DNA of 64,000 nucleotides from NCBI GenBank assembly GCA_050250895.1, contig JBFWNU010000004.1:654934-718933 (forward strand), in the 5' to 3' direction. Each line of letters starts with the position of its first letter. Position 1 is the first letter of the stretch. Of this stretch, positions 17,967 through 27,817 are shown piece by piece. The notes under the pieces were generated by a model. That model was given only the letters and a program-made list of their open reading frames with translations, was not told where the DNA came from and made no database searches. Origin of the DNA: Vulcanimicrobiota bacterium. Its GTDB lineage: Bacteria; Vulcanimicrobiota; Xenobia; Xenobiales; JADMJV01. Position numbers and translations under genes: made by a program.

Positions 17967-18881
17967 ATGGGTAGCCATTTTACTCGAGCAGATCGGGCGG
18001 ATTCTGGACAAGCACTGCTATGACGAGGTGAGCAGTCTCGAGTTGCCTCCGGACCGCGAGCTGAGCGAGACAACAAGCTCATGTGGTTGGTCGGTCTGTG
18101 CCACCTCCTCAACGATGACCCCGAATCGACTCTCGCAGAACTGCTTCGAGCGCGCGAACACGAACTGACCCTGGCCGAATGCCTGAACGAAGTAGGCCGC
18201 CACTCAGAGGCCCTCGAGCAAGTACTCCAACTCGAACCGGAAGAACCCAGGCTCGTAAGAGACCTCGCCTGGGCAAACTTCAGGCTAAAAGAGCAAGCCA
18301 CCACCCGAATGCAGATCGACAGGGCCCTGGCTCTTGACCCCGGTGATAGTTTCGCCTGGTAGATTCGGGCCCTGATGAAGGTTGAAGACGATGATCCGGA
18401 AGCCCTGAGCGACTATGACCGGGCCCTCGACCTGGCTAGAGACAGTAGTGACATCCGTGCCTGTCGGGGGATGTCTCTGTATCGGCTTGGCAAGCCGCGG
18501 CAGACGCTCAGCGAACTCACCAGTCTGTTGCAGCAGTGCCCCGACCACCAGCGCGCACTGCGCTATCGGGCCAGGCTTCGACGCAGCCTCGACGATCTTC
18601 CAGGGTGCATCGAAGACTACCGCAGGGCCGTGGAGCTAGAATCCGACGAAGACCTCGTCTTCCAGCTGGAAGAAGCCGAGGAGGAGCTATACTCCCGGCG
18701 ATTCAGAACTCCGGATAGTCGAGGTCAACACAAAGCTGCGGCAGGTCGACCTCGCGGAGCACGAACTCACGACGCCCGTCGGCATAGACCCCGATCGAAA
18801 GATCAAGGTCAGTGCAGTGAAGAACCACGCTCGGGGCTCCGGGTCGGTCGAGCGTTGTTCGCCGATCCTGCATCACACTGA
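17967..18881 (+). pseudogene. TPR-repeat protein, disrupted (boundaries approximate)
   Basis: The TPR-like ORFs 18081-18362 and 18375-18881 are in the same frame, separated by TAG at 18360-18362. The 5' part is in another frame. Confidence 0.65.
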
Positions 18882-19983
18882 GCGCCACTTTGACCTGCTC
18901 GGCCGAGTGTTGGGCCGACAGCGGGCCCGGACTAGCCTCGAGCAGAAGATGGCCATGTTGCTCGAGTTGGTCGCCCACCACCTGGACGCAGCGGTCGCCT
19001 CGAAAATCGACTCGCACCCGCCCCCAGCAGACCCTGTCCTCGGTCGGCTGTTCCGGCTGCCCCAGGCTCGCGTACACATCGCCTCGACTCATCCCAACCT
19101 TGAGGCCGTTGACCGTTGGCCCCTCCCCCACAGGGGTCATACAGCGCTGGCAGGTCGAGCCACCGCCTCCGACCAGTAAGAAACTCTCGACTCTTTCGTC
19201 GGAGTGGAAGGCGACGAGGCCGACTCTCCCGTTCCAGAAGTAGTCGTGCCGCTGGCCCGGCATATAGTCAAAAGCCAGGGTAGTCATCACCTCGGCCACC
19301 CAAGAACGAGAAGCTCCGCTCTCCAGAAGGGTCTCGCCGGCCTCAAGACGGCTCCCGTCCAGGCTGATCACCTGATAGGTGTCGTAGCGAAAGCCGATCT
19401 TCGGTCCGTTGTCCGTGTCGGACGGCAACTTGTAGATTGTTTCGGCAGCCATGCCTAGATGCATTCCGTTGACTCTCAGCTCTCGGTCCGCTTCCAGCAG
19501 GCCCTTAGTGGGAGTGGCGACGCGAAGGGCGGGGACCGACACAATCGTTGCGCCGGCCTCGCACGGTGGCTCGGGCCGGGCCACTGCTTGCTGGGACCGT
19601 TCCAGTACCGTCAGCCTATAGACACGTCGATAGGCCGTCTGAGTGAATTCCAGCCGGACCCGCTTGGCGGTGGTGCCCTCGAGCAAACTGTAGATGCGCC
19701 GGGCGTCTGGAATGTCGGGGCCGAGAAAGCCCCGCTCGGGATAGAAGCGATGCAGCTCTAGCTCCACCGCCCCCCCGTCGTGACTGGCGGCTGGCCAACT
19801 GACCTCGCGTTCCAGGGTCAACTGCTGGTCAGGCCAGGCACAGACAGGCTCATCCCGGCTGCTCATACGTTTGCCCCAGTAAAGGGCAGGCTTCTCGCCC
19901 AGAAGATAGCTCCGTTCGCGAAGGTAGTGATGCGTCTGCTCGACCTCGATCACCAAGGTGTTCACCTGTCCAAAGACCTCCAC
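18703..19983 (-). CDS. hypothetical protein with two NGxxxGM (SmpA-like) modules
   Basis: VNGMHLGM and VNGLKVGMSRGDVYASLGQP resemble the 16897/17422 paralogs. Confidence 0.65.
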   Translation of the reverse strand: MEVFGQVNTLVIEVEQTHHYLRERSYLLGEKPALYWGKRMSSRDEPVCAWPDQQLTLEREVSWPAASHDGGAVELELHRFYPERGFLGPDIPDARRIYSLLEGTTAKRVRLEFTQTAYRRVYRLTVLERSQQAVARPEPPCEAGATIVSVPALRVATPTKGLLEADRELRVNGMHLGMAAETIYKLPSDTDNGPKIGFRYDTYQVISLDGSRLEAGETLLESGASRSWVAEVMTTLAFDYMPGQRHDYFWNGRVGLVAFHSDERVESFLLVGGGGSTCQRCMTPVGEGPTVNGLKVGMSRGDVYASLGQPEQPTEDRVCWGRVRVDFRGDRCVQVVGDQLEQHGHLLLEASPGPLSAQHSAEQVKVALSVMQDRRTTLDRPGAPSVVLHCTDLDLSIGVYADGRREFVLREVDLPQLCVDLDYPEF

Positions 19984-20510
19984 TCAAGAATCTGGCCGTT
20001 CTCGACGGTGACACGCCAGACATGCTCCTGGCAGACTCCAAAGGTCGACCCGCTGCGCTGAGGAGAGACTCGAACCAGGTCGTGGCGCACTCCACGCTGT
20101 TTTGCCTCAGCCAGAGCCAGTCGCCTGGCCTCCCGCCCTTCTCGCAGGACCTCGGCGGCGTTCTCCGGGTCTACCCTGACAAACTCGACCCCGGCATTCG
20201 AGCATCGGTCTTCATTCAGCTTGATCCGGCCTAACGTCAGCAGAGCGACGAGGTCCTGGAGGGCCGCGAACAGGCAGCCTCCCCCTCGATTGACGTGCAG
20301 CAGCAACGGCCCCGTGCCGTAGCACAGCGACACGACCGCCCCGGTCTCCTGGTCGAGCCTGGCGCGCCACCTCTCGTTGCAGCCCTCGATTACGGTGCCA
20401 TGCTCGTCTTCCAGCAACCGGACAGCGGCGACTTCGTGCCCGGCGAAAACCTCGACGAACTCGGCGACCAGCAACCGGGCTTCTTGTTCAGTCAGCGACA
20501 ACTTGTTCAC
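19962..20510 (-). CDS. hypothetical protein
   Basis: Overlapping operon-like arrangement; start uncertain (GTG 20510). Confidence 0.55.
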   Translation of the reverse strand: MNKLSLTEQEARLLVAEFVEVFAGHEVAAVRLLEDEHGTVIEGCNERWRARLDQETGAVVSLCYGTGPLLLHVNRGGGCLFAALQDLVALLTLGRIKLNEDRCSNAGVEFVRVDPENAAEVLREGREARRLALAEAKQRGVRHDLVRVSPQRSGSTFGVCQEHVWRVTVENGQILEWRSLDR

Positions 20511-20994
20511 CTCCGTCTTGGCGATGGTCGGCGCGGGTGCGTAGGGACGGGTCAAATGGACCTGTGCGGACCCAGCCTGTCGTGGCCGCGCTGCAGATAT
20601 GGTGAGCACAAAGACCGCACTCAAGCTCGAACCAATCAGACAGGCCGAAGACGACCTTCCTTTGCTGATGCGGCATCCAGCGGCCCAGTTCTTCTTCGAG
20701 AAGGCGTCCCAGGTACCCGGTCTCACTTACAACCTGGCGAGGGTTGCGGTTGGTGAGCCAGGGCAGTAGCGCCCGCAGTTCGGGATAGAGAGTCAGGACC
20801 TTGTCGGGCTCCACAGCGGCGAAGTACAACGCCAGGCGGTGGGCGGTTGCGAACAGGGTCCGGTATTCGTCGAGGTAGCGGAGTCTTCGCTGTTTGCGAC
20901 GCTCCAGGGCTCGGTCTTTGCGATGGCTGCGCGATTCCAGGCTGCGGCGCCTGGCGCCAGAGAGCACTCTTTTCGGTCTCAGGGCAGTCCGCAT
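20488..20994 (-). CDS. hypothetical basic protein
   Basis: Arg-rich N-terminus, CxxCxxH near the C-terminus. Confidence 0.5.
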   Translation of the reverse strand: MRTALRPKRVLSGARRRSLESRSHRKDRALERRKQRRLRYLDEYRTLFATAHRLALYFAAVEPDKVLTLYPELRALLPWLTNRNPRQVVSETGYLGRLLEEELGRWMPHQQRKVVFGLSDWFELECGLCAHHICSAATTGWVRTGPFDPSLRTRADHRQDGGEQVVAD

Positions 20995-21128
20995 CTCGTT
21001 GCCGCCCGATGCGGTGGGCCTCGTAGTTCCTCCATCATAGCGTACCGCTCGGGCCATTCCAACCGGTTGCACCGACGGCCGACGCGATGCGAGGGTCTAC
21101 CCCAAGCTACAGCGAAATTCTAACCAGA

Positions 21129-21836
21129 ATGAAAGGGCGATGCGGAGCTTGCGGCCGCGAGAAGAAGACAAAGGGTCCTCACCATCACGATGAAACCTGG
21201 GCCTGCGGAAAGTGCCTGGCCACCGGCAAAGCCGTGGCCGGCGACCCCAGCCGGCAAAACTTTGGTGGCTTCGGCCCGGGGCCGTATCTGGCCTATTGGG
21301 ACGAGCTGCGCACCTGCCAGCACTGCGGAGATGAGTTTGTCTTTAGCGGCGCCGAGAAGAGGTTCTGGTACGAGGACCGCGGATTCATCACTCATTCCGA
21401 GCCGACCGGCTGCCCCGGTTGCCGGCGAACCCTGCGCCGTCGCCACCTGGCCCAGAGGCGCATTGCCGAGCGGCTGCCCAAGCTCGACCCCAAGAACTGG
21501 ACCCAGCTGGCGGAGCTAAGCGACCTGTGCTGGCGGGCCGGCTCGAAGCGCAAAGCCCTGGAGTACCTGCGGCGGGCCAAGAACGTCTGCTCTGAACCTG
21601 CCGCTCGCAGACGCCTGTTAAAGCAGCTCGAATTGGTCGAGTCGTGCGAGGTCGAGCTCAAACCCGGTGGGCAGTTCCGCACGGTTCTGGCAGTGCGCGC
21701 CGACCTCGCCTGGTATCGCAAGCGTCCGGACTGGGTCAAGTGGGCCGTCGGCAGGGCTCGTCCGTTTCTGTCCAAGCGGGGCCTCGAGGTCCTCGAGAGC
21801 GTCGTCGAGGAGTATCACGCCAGCTTTGGGTCTTGA
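21129..21836 (+). CDS. zinc-ribbon domain protein
   Basis: YWDELRTCQHCGDEFVFSGAEKRFWYE...PTGCPGCR plus N-terminal CxxC pairs. Confidence 0.8.
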   Translation: MKGRCGACGREKKTKGPHHHDETWACGKCLATGKAVAGDPSRQNFGGFGPGPYLAYWDELRTCQHCGDEFVFSGAEKRFWYEDRGFITHSEPTGCPGCRRTLRRRHLAQRRIAERLPKLDPKNWTQLAELSDLCWRAGSKRKALEYLRRAKNVCSEPAARRRLLKQLELVESCEVELKPGGQFRTVLAVRADLAWYRKRPDWVKWAVGRARPFLSKRGLEVLESVVEEYHASFGS

Positions 21837-21838
21837 CT

Positions 21839-21876
21839 TTGAGCCTCTTTTCAGCGGAGGGGGTTAGTCTGACCGG
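21839..21876 (+). promoter_or_regulatory. direct-repeat promoter (candidate regulon motif)
   Basis: TTGAG-N6-TTCAG-N10-TAGTCT-N6-GTG. Confidence 0.7.
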
Positions 21877-22434
21877 GTGATGATGCAGAACTATGGCGTT
21901 CGTGGCTTTGGCGTTGGCTTCATGAACGGCACCTACCACGGACGGAACGTCGATTCGGCCGGCACTAGCGCCTCGAAAGTCGAGACCGAGGGCGTGCTCT
22001 CGCTCAAAGAGATGCGAGTGCAGGATGTCGACGGCCACGCCAACCTCGATGTCGGTTTCGTGCCCAACCACTACGGCAAGATGACCCTTTCCATTCTCAA
22101 CCGCGGCCAGGATGCCGATCCCGAAAACTACGTCGAGGCCAACATCGAACTCACGGTAAGCGATGCCAAGCTGCAGGGCCGAGGCTCGTTGCTCAAGCCC
22201 GAGCACGGCTTTAACGCGGTCACCGTGACCGACCGGGGCGACAACGTGCTGATCCGCGCTCAGCGGGGCGACGAGACCCGAGAGTTCATCTTCAGCAACG
22301 GCTACATCTCAAACCACGCTGGCGATGTGCGAGTCGCCTTCGAGAAACTCTACGATCCCGACCACCCCATCGACCTGATCGACGCCGCCGATTTCATCGT
22401 CGTTGGCGGCATCACCGTCGACAAGAACACCTAA
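21877..22434 (+). CDS. hypothetical beta-rich protein with the shared C-terminal motif
   Basis: Ends LIDAADFIVVGGITVDKNT; no signal peptide. Confidence 0.75.
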   Translation: MMMQNYGVRGFGVGFMNGTYHGRNVDSAGTSASKVETEGVLSLKEMRVQDVDGHANLDVGFVPNHYGKMTLSILNRGQDADPENYVEANIELTVSDAKLQGRGSLLKPEHGFNAVTVTDRGDNVLIRAQRGDETREFIFSNGYISNHAGDVRVAFEKLYDPDHPIDLIDAADFIVVGGITVDKNT

Positions 22435-22455
22435 ACCTCGTCACCGCGGCGAGTC

Positions 22456-22718
22456 GGGTCCGGGCAGAGGCCCGCCAGAGTCGCCCTCAAAGCGGCGGCG
22501 AAGTCGCGCTCCGGCGGCGCGATAGACTTCCGGCGGGAAGAGCCCGAGGCGGGCCGGGTGGGTCCGGGCAGAGGCCCACGATGGTCTTCCAGCTGGAAGT
22601 GGCCTCGGCGGACAAGTCGCGCTCCGGCGGCGCAATAGACTTCCGGCGGGAAGAGCCCGAGGCGGGCCGGGCGGGTCCGGGCAGAGGCCCACGATGGTCT
22701 TCCAGCTGGAAGTGGCCG
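22456..22718. repeat. tandem array of about 2.3 x 113-bp units
   Basis: GGGTCCGGGCAGAGGCCC x3; CTTCCGGCGGGAAG at 22527 and 22640; CTTCCAGCTGGAAG at 22586 and 22699. Confidence 0.9.
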
Positions 22719-23005
22719 CGGCGGGCCGGCCCAGAATATTGCGATACCTTAACATTCTCAAATTCGGCATTGCGCCCGAAGGCATCTCGGTCTCAAATCC
22801 AGCCAGAGACGGCCCTGGAAAGCGCCACGAGCCAGAGAACCCGTTAGCAGATTGATCGAGTCATTTTTGACGGGATCTCCTGCCTCACGGCATCCTGGAA
22901 ACCCAAAAACACCGTAACCACGCCATTTCGACGCATTGATCCACGCGTGTCTCTGAAGTAAAATAGGATCATTCCTTGATTCTTTTTCAGCCCGGAGGTC
23001 TTCCC

Positions 23006-24337
23006 ATGTCTTCTACTCTGTCTGAGCTTTCACACTCGCTGCAGCAACTCTCTCATCAAGAACTACACCAGAGCAACCGCCAGGCTAGCCGGCGAGCCTT
23101 CGGCTGTGAGTGGGAACTGGCCGGTCACCTGCTGGCCACCGAACGCAGCGGCCTCTACCGCCACATGGGTTCCGGCAGCGTGGTCGGCTACGCCGTCACC
23201 CACCTGAATCTACATCCTCAAAAGGCCGGCGAACTTCTCAGCCTGGCCAGGGTGTTCGAGCAGCTGCCCCTTCTCTCGGCCGCCTTTCGCGAAGGGAAGC
23301 TCTGCTGGAGCAAGGCCCGCGCGCTCAAGCGCATCGCGACTCCCGACAACCAGGCAGAAATGCTGGAATTCGCTCTCAAGAACAAAGCCCAGGCGGTCGA
23401 GCGCGCCGTCGCTCTCACCCCAACGCAGCATAAGCGAGGCCAGGCCTTGAAGGCCTCGCTCGAAGCCCGCCAGATTCAACCCGAACGATCCTTTAGCGAG
23501 CAACCCACGACGCCAGCAGCGCCAGTCGTCCAGTCGGCGCCGACGCGCAAGCCGGCGCCGACCCCCGAGATGCCGAAGTTAAGACAGGTCACTCTGCTGC
23601 TGACCGCCGAGCAATATGCCATCCTCGAGCAGGCGAAGGGTCTGGTCGAAGCCCGGCAGGGCAAGCGAGTGAGCAAAGAGACGGCGGTGACCGCGATGGC
23701 CGCGACGTTCCTCGCCACCGCGGACAGCCGCAGCAAAGTGAGGCATCAGGTCATCGTTCATGTGAATGGCCAGACCGGTCAGGGCTTCTATGACACCGAC
23801 CGTGGACTCTTGCCGGCCGAGCCCGCCGCCGTTGACGAGGCGATGAAACAACCCGGCATCGTGGTCGTTGCCGCCCCCACCGTTCTTCCAGCTGGAAGTC
23901 AGGCCCCACTTCCAGCTGAAGCGAGCCAGGCCGAACAGTTGCCGCTACTGCCAAATCAGTCCAAAGCCAGGCCGGGACTGCCGGTGGGCCTGGTGCGAGC
24001 GGTCTACGCCCGCGCCTTCGGTCGCTGTGAGCGATGCTCGTGCGGTGGCGGCAACCTGGTGGTGCACCACGTTCGGGCCTGGTCCGAATCCAGGCGACAT
24101 CGGCTCGAGGACTTGCAGCTATTGTGTCCGGGATGCCACGCCGCCGAGCACGACAAAGACTTCGCGACTAAGCCAGCATGGAAGGCCGCGCGGGAGGCCG
24201 CCGTGCGCAGCCGGACCCGACCAGGCACAAGGTCAGAGGCTGAGCTGATACCAAAGCGGACCGGCGACGAAATTCAGCACGGAGCCGCGTCCGAACGACT
24301 GCAGCGAGTCGGGCTCGGCAGGCCAGGTAAAACTTAG
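23006..24337 (+). CDS. DUF222-like/HNH endonuclease
   Basis: SD GGAGG; LPLLSAAFREGKLCWSKAR; RCERC...VVHHV...LQLLCPGCHAAEH. Confidence 0.8.
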   Translation: MSSTLSELSHSLQQLSHQELHQSNRQASRRAFGCEWELAGHLLATERSGLYRHMGSGSVVGYAVTHLNLHPQKAGELLSLARVFEQLPLLSAAFREGKLCWSKARALKRIATPDNQAEMLEFALKNKAQAVERAVALTPTQHKRGQALKASLEARQIQPERSFSEQPTTPAAPVVQSAPTRKPAPTPEMPKLRQVTLLLTAEQYAILEQAKGLVEARQGKRVSKETAVTAMAATFLATADSRSKVRHQVIVHVNGQTGQGFYDTDRGLLPAEPAAVDEAMKQPGIVVVAAPTVLPAGSQAPLPAEASQAEQLPLLPNQSKARPGLPVGLVRAVYARAFGRCERCSCGGGNLVVHHVRAWSESRRHRLEDLQLLCPGCHAAEHDKDFATKPAWKAAREAAVRSRTRPGTRSEAELIPKRTGDEIQHGAASERLQRVGLGRPGKT

Positions 24338-25003
24338 CTCTTCTTCGCCGTCCTGGCCTAGGTGCACCAGAGCCCGACGTTCAGGCTCGCGATGGATGTC
24401 GCTGAGATCGAGTATCAAGCCTTGCGGCGACTCGACCACCGCATGGATCACACCATCGATGCGATCCTTTAGTAGGCGGTGGCGTCCGTCGGCCTCGATC
24501 GACGAGACGGCGCTCAGAATGTCTCCGTTGTAATACTGGTATGTGCACAGCAGTCCCCGCCGGGTAAAATTGAAGGTGGGCAGGTCAAAGGTGCAGGGAC
24601 TCTCGAGCCCCACCTCGGTACCATTTCGCTCGAAGCACCTGAAGCGGCAAAAATCGGCCTCGTCGAAATAGCCGATCCAGAATCGGTCGCGCTCATCGAT
24701 GAGCACGTTCTCGATCGCTTCCCCCAGCACGAAACGGGCCTCCAGTTCTCCGGATGGCGACAAGATGGCGGCGTTCTGGTCATCGGGCTCTTCGCAGCGG
24801 CGATAAACGACGAGAGCGCTGCCATCGCTGAACAAGTCCAGCCGCGGCAGCGCGCCGTTTAGGGTCACCTCGAGGCAGACCCTTCCCCCGGTAGTGGACA
24901 CACGCCATAGTTTGGCGAGACGGTCTCCCTCGGGCGGGGTTCGCCAGAAGGGACGGAACTCGTCGGGCTCGCCGATGTCTGGGGGGACCGTGACGATGGT
25001 CAT
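24233..25003 (-). CDS. hypothetical beta-propeller-like protein
   Basis: SD AGGAGG; NAAILSPSG...LGEAIENV...WIGYFDE. Confidence 0.7.
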   Translation of the reverse strand: MTIVTVPPDIGEPDEFRPFWRTPPEGDRLAKLWRVSTTGGRVCLEVTLNGALPRLDLFSDGSALVVYRRCEEPDDQNAAILSPSGELEARFVLGEAIENVLIDERDRFWIGYFDEADFCRFRCFERNGTEVGLESPCTFDLPTFNFTRRGLLCTYQYYNGDILSAVSSIEADGRHRLLKDRIDGVIHAVVESPQGLILDLSDIHREPERRALVHLGQDGEEELSFTWPAEPDSLQSFGRGSVLNFVAGPLWYQLSL

Positions 25004-25012
25004 CCGCCTCCT

Positions 25013-25483
25013 TTAGCCCCAGAAGGCCGGGTCGGGTGGGCGCAGGAGGCCGGTGAACTCGTCGCCGGGAGTGCGGAGGATGGTCAGGGACATGGCCGAC
25101 GGCTCGAGTCCGCCGAAGCCCTGGAGGCATTCGAGCTGAGCCTGGGCGTGGAGCTGGGGCTCCTCCTTGCCCAGGCGGGTCAGGAGTTGGTCGAACTCGG
25201 GGACGCCGGCCTTCTCGATGGCCTGGCCCAGAGGCGAGGCTAGCGCCCCAGCGGCGACCATCAGGGTCAGTTGCTGGGCGATGCGAGCCATGGCCTGGCC
25301 GCGAAAGCCGACGCCGGTCACGCCGGCTTTGATGTCGGTGGTCGAAACCTGTAGCTGGTCGGCCAGTTCGCCCGAGAGCTGGGCCATGTCCTCGAAGCTC
25401 CGGGGCCTGGACTGGATGCGCTGGGTCTGGCTGGGTGTAAGCATGCGCCGAAGGGCGGCTTCGGCAGTTGGACGGATGTTCAT
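25013..25483 (-). CDS. hypothetical protein
   Basis: Leaderless ATG after the motif promoter; begins MNIRP. Confidence 0.7.
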   Translation of the reverse strand: MNIRPTAEAALRRMLTPSQTQRIQSRPRSFEDMAQLSGELADQLQVSTTDIKAGVTGVGFRGQAMARIAQQLTLMVAAGALASPLGQAIEKAGVPEFDQLLTRLGKEEPQLHAQAQLECLQGFGGLEPSAMSLTILRTPGDEFTGLLRPPDPAFWG

Positions 25484-25521
25484 AGCCACATCTTAGCCGG
25501 CCCACCTGAGATTCTCCTTGA
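25484..25521 (-). promoter_or_regulatory. direct-repeat promoter (candidate regulon motif)
   Basis: TCAAG-N6-CTCAG-N10-TAAGAT-N6-ATG. Confidence 0.65.
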
Positions 25522-25525
25522 CCGC

Positions 25526-26404
25526 CTATCCGGGAGCGCGACTGGGTACCAGCATCACCGGGCAAACCGAGCCCCGCACGACGTTCTCGGCTACGCTACC
25601 GCAGATGAAGCGCTGAAATCCGCGGTGACCGTGGGTGCTCATCACGACCAGGTCGACGTTGTGCGACTGGGCTACCTCAAGCAAAGCTCGGGCTGGGGAG
25701 CCCACCTGCCAGATTGTCTCGACGCGAAACTCCGGTTGCAGGCTGGCGGCCATCTCGTTGAGATAGCTGCGAACCTCGGCCAATTGGCCTTCATGCCCGT
25801 CGAGGACCGAGGGCAAAGACTGATCGAGGTGGGCAGTGTCCAGGACTCGACACAGCACGAGGGTTGCCCCGCTGGCACGGGCCAGTTCGCGGGCCTGGTC
25901 GAGGGCTCGAGCCGACAGCTTCGAGCCGTCGAGGGGCACCAGGATCTTGCGAAGCGAACTCAGTTTAACCGACTGCGAACGCACCACCAGAATGGGCAAT
26001 TCGGCCCCTCGTAGGACCTCTTCGGTGGTGCTGCCCAGCAACCACCGGGCAAAGCCCGAGCGACCGTGCGTGGTCAGACAGAGCAGGTCGGCCTTCTCCT
26101 CGCGACAGATGTCGATGAGGGTGTTCGAGGCCAGGCCGAAGGGTGTCGCCGTGGCCACGGTCAGGCCCTCGCCTTCCAACTCGGCCGCCCGTTCTTTGAG
26201 ATACTCGTCGACCAGTTGCTGGTCTTTAGAGTTGACCGGAGCGTGAAAGACGACCTCTTGCCCGTAGGCCAAAGGAAGGGCGGGGGGAAGCACGCGCACC
26301 AGCAGCAATCTCCCCTGGTGTTGGCGAGCCAGGTCTACGGCAGGCTCGAGGGCCCGTTCGGCTAAAGTCGAGCCGTCTAGAGCGACGACCACAGTGTAGG
26401 ACAT
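25526..26404 (-). CDS. tandem-domain universal stress protein
   Basis: Two Usp domains: VVALDGS...THGRSG..LGS and ILVPLDGS...STHG..GSVAE. Confidence 0.93.
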   Translation of the reverse strand: MSYTVVVALDGSTLAERALEPAVDLARQHQGRLLLVRVLPPALPLAYGQEVVFHAPVNSKDQQLVDEYLKERAAELEGEGLTVATATPFGLASNTLIDICREEKADLLCLTTHGRSGFARWLLGSTTEEVLRGAELPILVVRSQSVKLSSLRKILVPLDGSKLSARALDQARELARASGATLVLCRVLDTAHLDQSLPSVLDGHEGQLAEVRSYLNEMAASLQPEFRVETIWQVGSPARALLEVAQSHNVDLVVMSTHGHRGFQRFICGSVAENVVRGSVCPVMLVPSRAPG

Positions 26405-26463
26405 AGAAGACTCCTCTCTGGGTCTAGTCTAGGGGAACGGTCAGGGCTTGAAACTGATCCGCG

Positions 26464-26898
26464 TCATCCGGCGATGTCCGAGGTGACCCACCCCTCGACG
26501 GCGGACGCTTGCTTGACCCAGTCAACGAACTGTTGCTCGTCGAGGGGCTCGTCCTCGAAAACGTGGAGGTAACGCACCTTCTCTTGCTTGGAGTTCACCG
26601 GCGGCATCGGCTCGAGCGCGGCGCCGTGGAAGAAGGCCACTTTGATGTATTTGGTGAGGCAGTGGAAGCTCAGAAACCAACCCAGGCCCTCGACGCCATA
26701 GAAGGGCGAGTTCCACTTCACGGCTTTGCGCAGCTCGGGAACGGTAGCCGTGACCAGCTCGTCGAGGCGGCGGCCGACGCCACTCTTCCAGCCAGGCATC
26801 GCTGCGATGTAGGCTTGCACCGGCTCATCGCCATAGCCCATTTCGATTTGCGGATTACCGCCGGAAAGGAGTTTGGGTTCTTTCGGTTCTTTGGCCAT
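26464..26898 (-). CDS. DUF1801 (YdhG-like) protein
   Basis: LLSGGNPQI, AMPGWK, AVKWNSPFYG, FFHGAAL. Confidence 0.85.
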   Translation of the reverse strand: MAKEPKEPKLLSGGNPQIEMGYGDEPVQAYIAAMPGWKSGVGRRLDELVTATVPELRKAVKWNSPFYGVEGLGWFLSFHCLTKYIKVAFFHGAALEPMPPVNSKQEKVRYLHVFEDEPLDEQQFVDWVKQASAVEGWVTSDIAG

Positions 26899-26907
26899 CT
26901 TTCGATG

Positions 26908-27225
26908 TTAGGCCTCGGTAGGGTCCGTGTCAAACCGGTTGGACAAATCGCGCTCGGGCAGCGGTGGCGGAGGCCAGCGGTCGAACAAGAGATTCCAGTA
27001 GGCCCACGAGCGCGGGTCGAAGTGACCCGGCGGCGCGGCGTCGAGGGCCACGCGAAAAGCCTCTCGCCCAAGCACCCGTTCGACGGTGACGATGTCTTTC
27101 GTGGTGCCCAAAGTCATGACGTGGGCGAGAAACACCAGAGGCCTTCGGAGCGCTTCTTCGGGCTCCAGGTGCCAGACGACGCGCTGGGCCACCTTCAGCA
27201 TTTCCGGAGAGCTTTCAATGGTCAT
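26908..27225 (-). CDS. small partner of AbiEii-like nucleotidyltransferase (putative antitoxin)
   Basis: RVVW..PEEAL...FLAHVMTLGT...APPGHFDPRSWAYW; ATGA-coupled to the upstream NTase. Confidence 0.75.
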   Translation of the reverse strand: MTIESSPEMLKVAQRVVWHLEPEEALRRPLVFLAHVMTLGTTKDIVTVERVLGREAFRVALDAAPPGHFDPRSWAYWNLLFDRWPPPPLPERDLSNRFDTDPTEA

Positions 27226-27770
27226 ATTTCGTTCTCCAGCCTGCGCTCGAGTTCTGCCAGGTCCAGGCCTTTGACGGCAGCAACAAGCCTTTCCCGAAGG
27301 TCCTGTGGCAGAGTATCCAAATCGCCGTCGCCGAAAAAACAGAGCGCTTTTAGCGTCAAATGAGGATTGAACATCGCCCCGTAGGCCTTCCTCGCAGCCA
27401 CCAGCGCGGAGGACAGTTCCACGCCTCCTTCGTGAAGAAGAACATCCAGGTCGATGTAGTCGCGCACTGCGGCTCGCTTCTGAATTGTTGAGGCCTTGGT
27501 GCCGGCAAGGTCCGTGAGCGAAGCGAGTTGCAAGCTGGGATTCTCGACACTAATCGGGGGCTCATAATTGGCAAAACCCGGCAAACCAAAAAAAGAAACT
27601 TTGACAGGCTCGCCCCGGTCGACCGATGCGATGGCGACGCCACCATAGAGAACAAACTCGGTGGGAGTTGCGGAGAGTTCGGGCCAGAGCCTTCTCTGGC
27701 CTTCTGTGAGAGAGTCTAGCCTGGGTTCCACCCCCAGGGGTTCTTTGGGGAGATGACCAAACCTCTCCAT
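27222..27770 (-). pseudogene. AbiEii/AbiGii-family nucleotidyltransferase with in-frame internal deletion
   Basis: FVLYGGVAIA joins directly to SVDRGEPVKVSFFG, so the HRxSxDxD catalytic segment is absent; LAGTK..RA..RDYID is retained. Confidence 0.7.
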
Positions 27771-27817
27771 CTTGGCTCGCTCTATGGGCGTCCATTCCCC
27801 CGCCCGCTGGCGACTAC

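Noticed and set aside
18360-18362. Programmed amber readthrough or recoding
   Set aside because: TAG is used as a normal stop by many genes in the window, and the gene shows other lesions.
23006-24337. IscB/Cas9-like RNA-guided nuclease
   Set aside because: No PLMP or RuvC motifs; only a C-terminal HNH domain.
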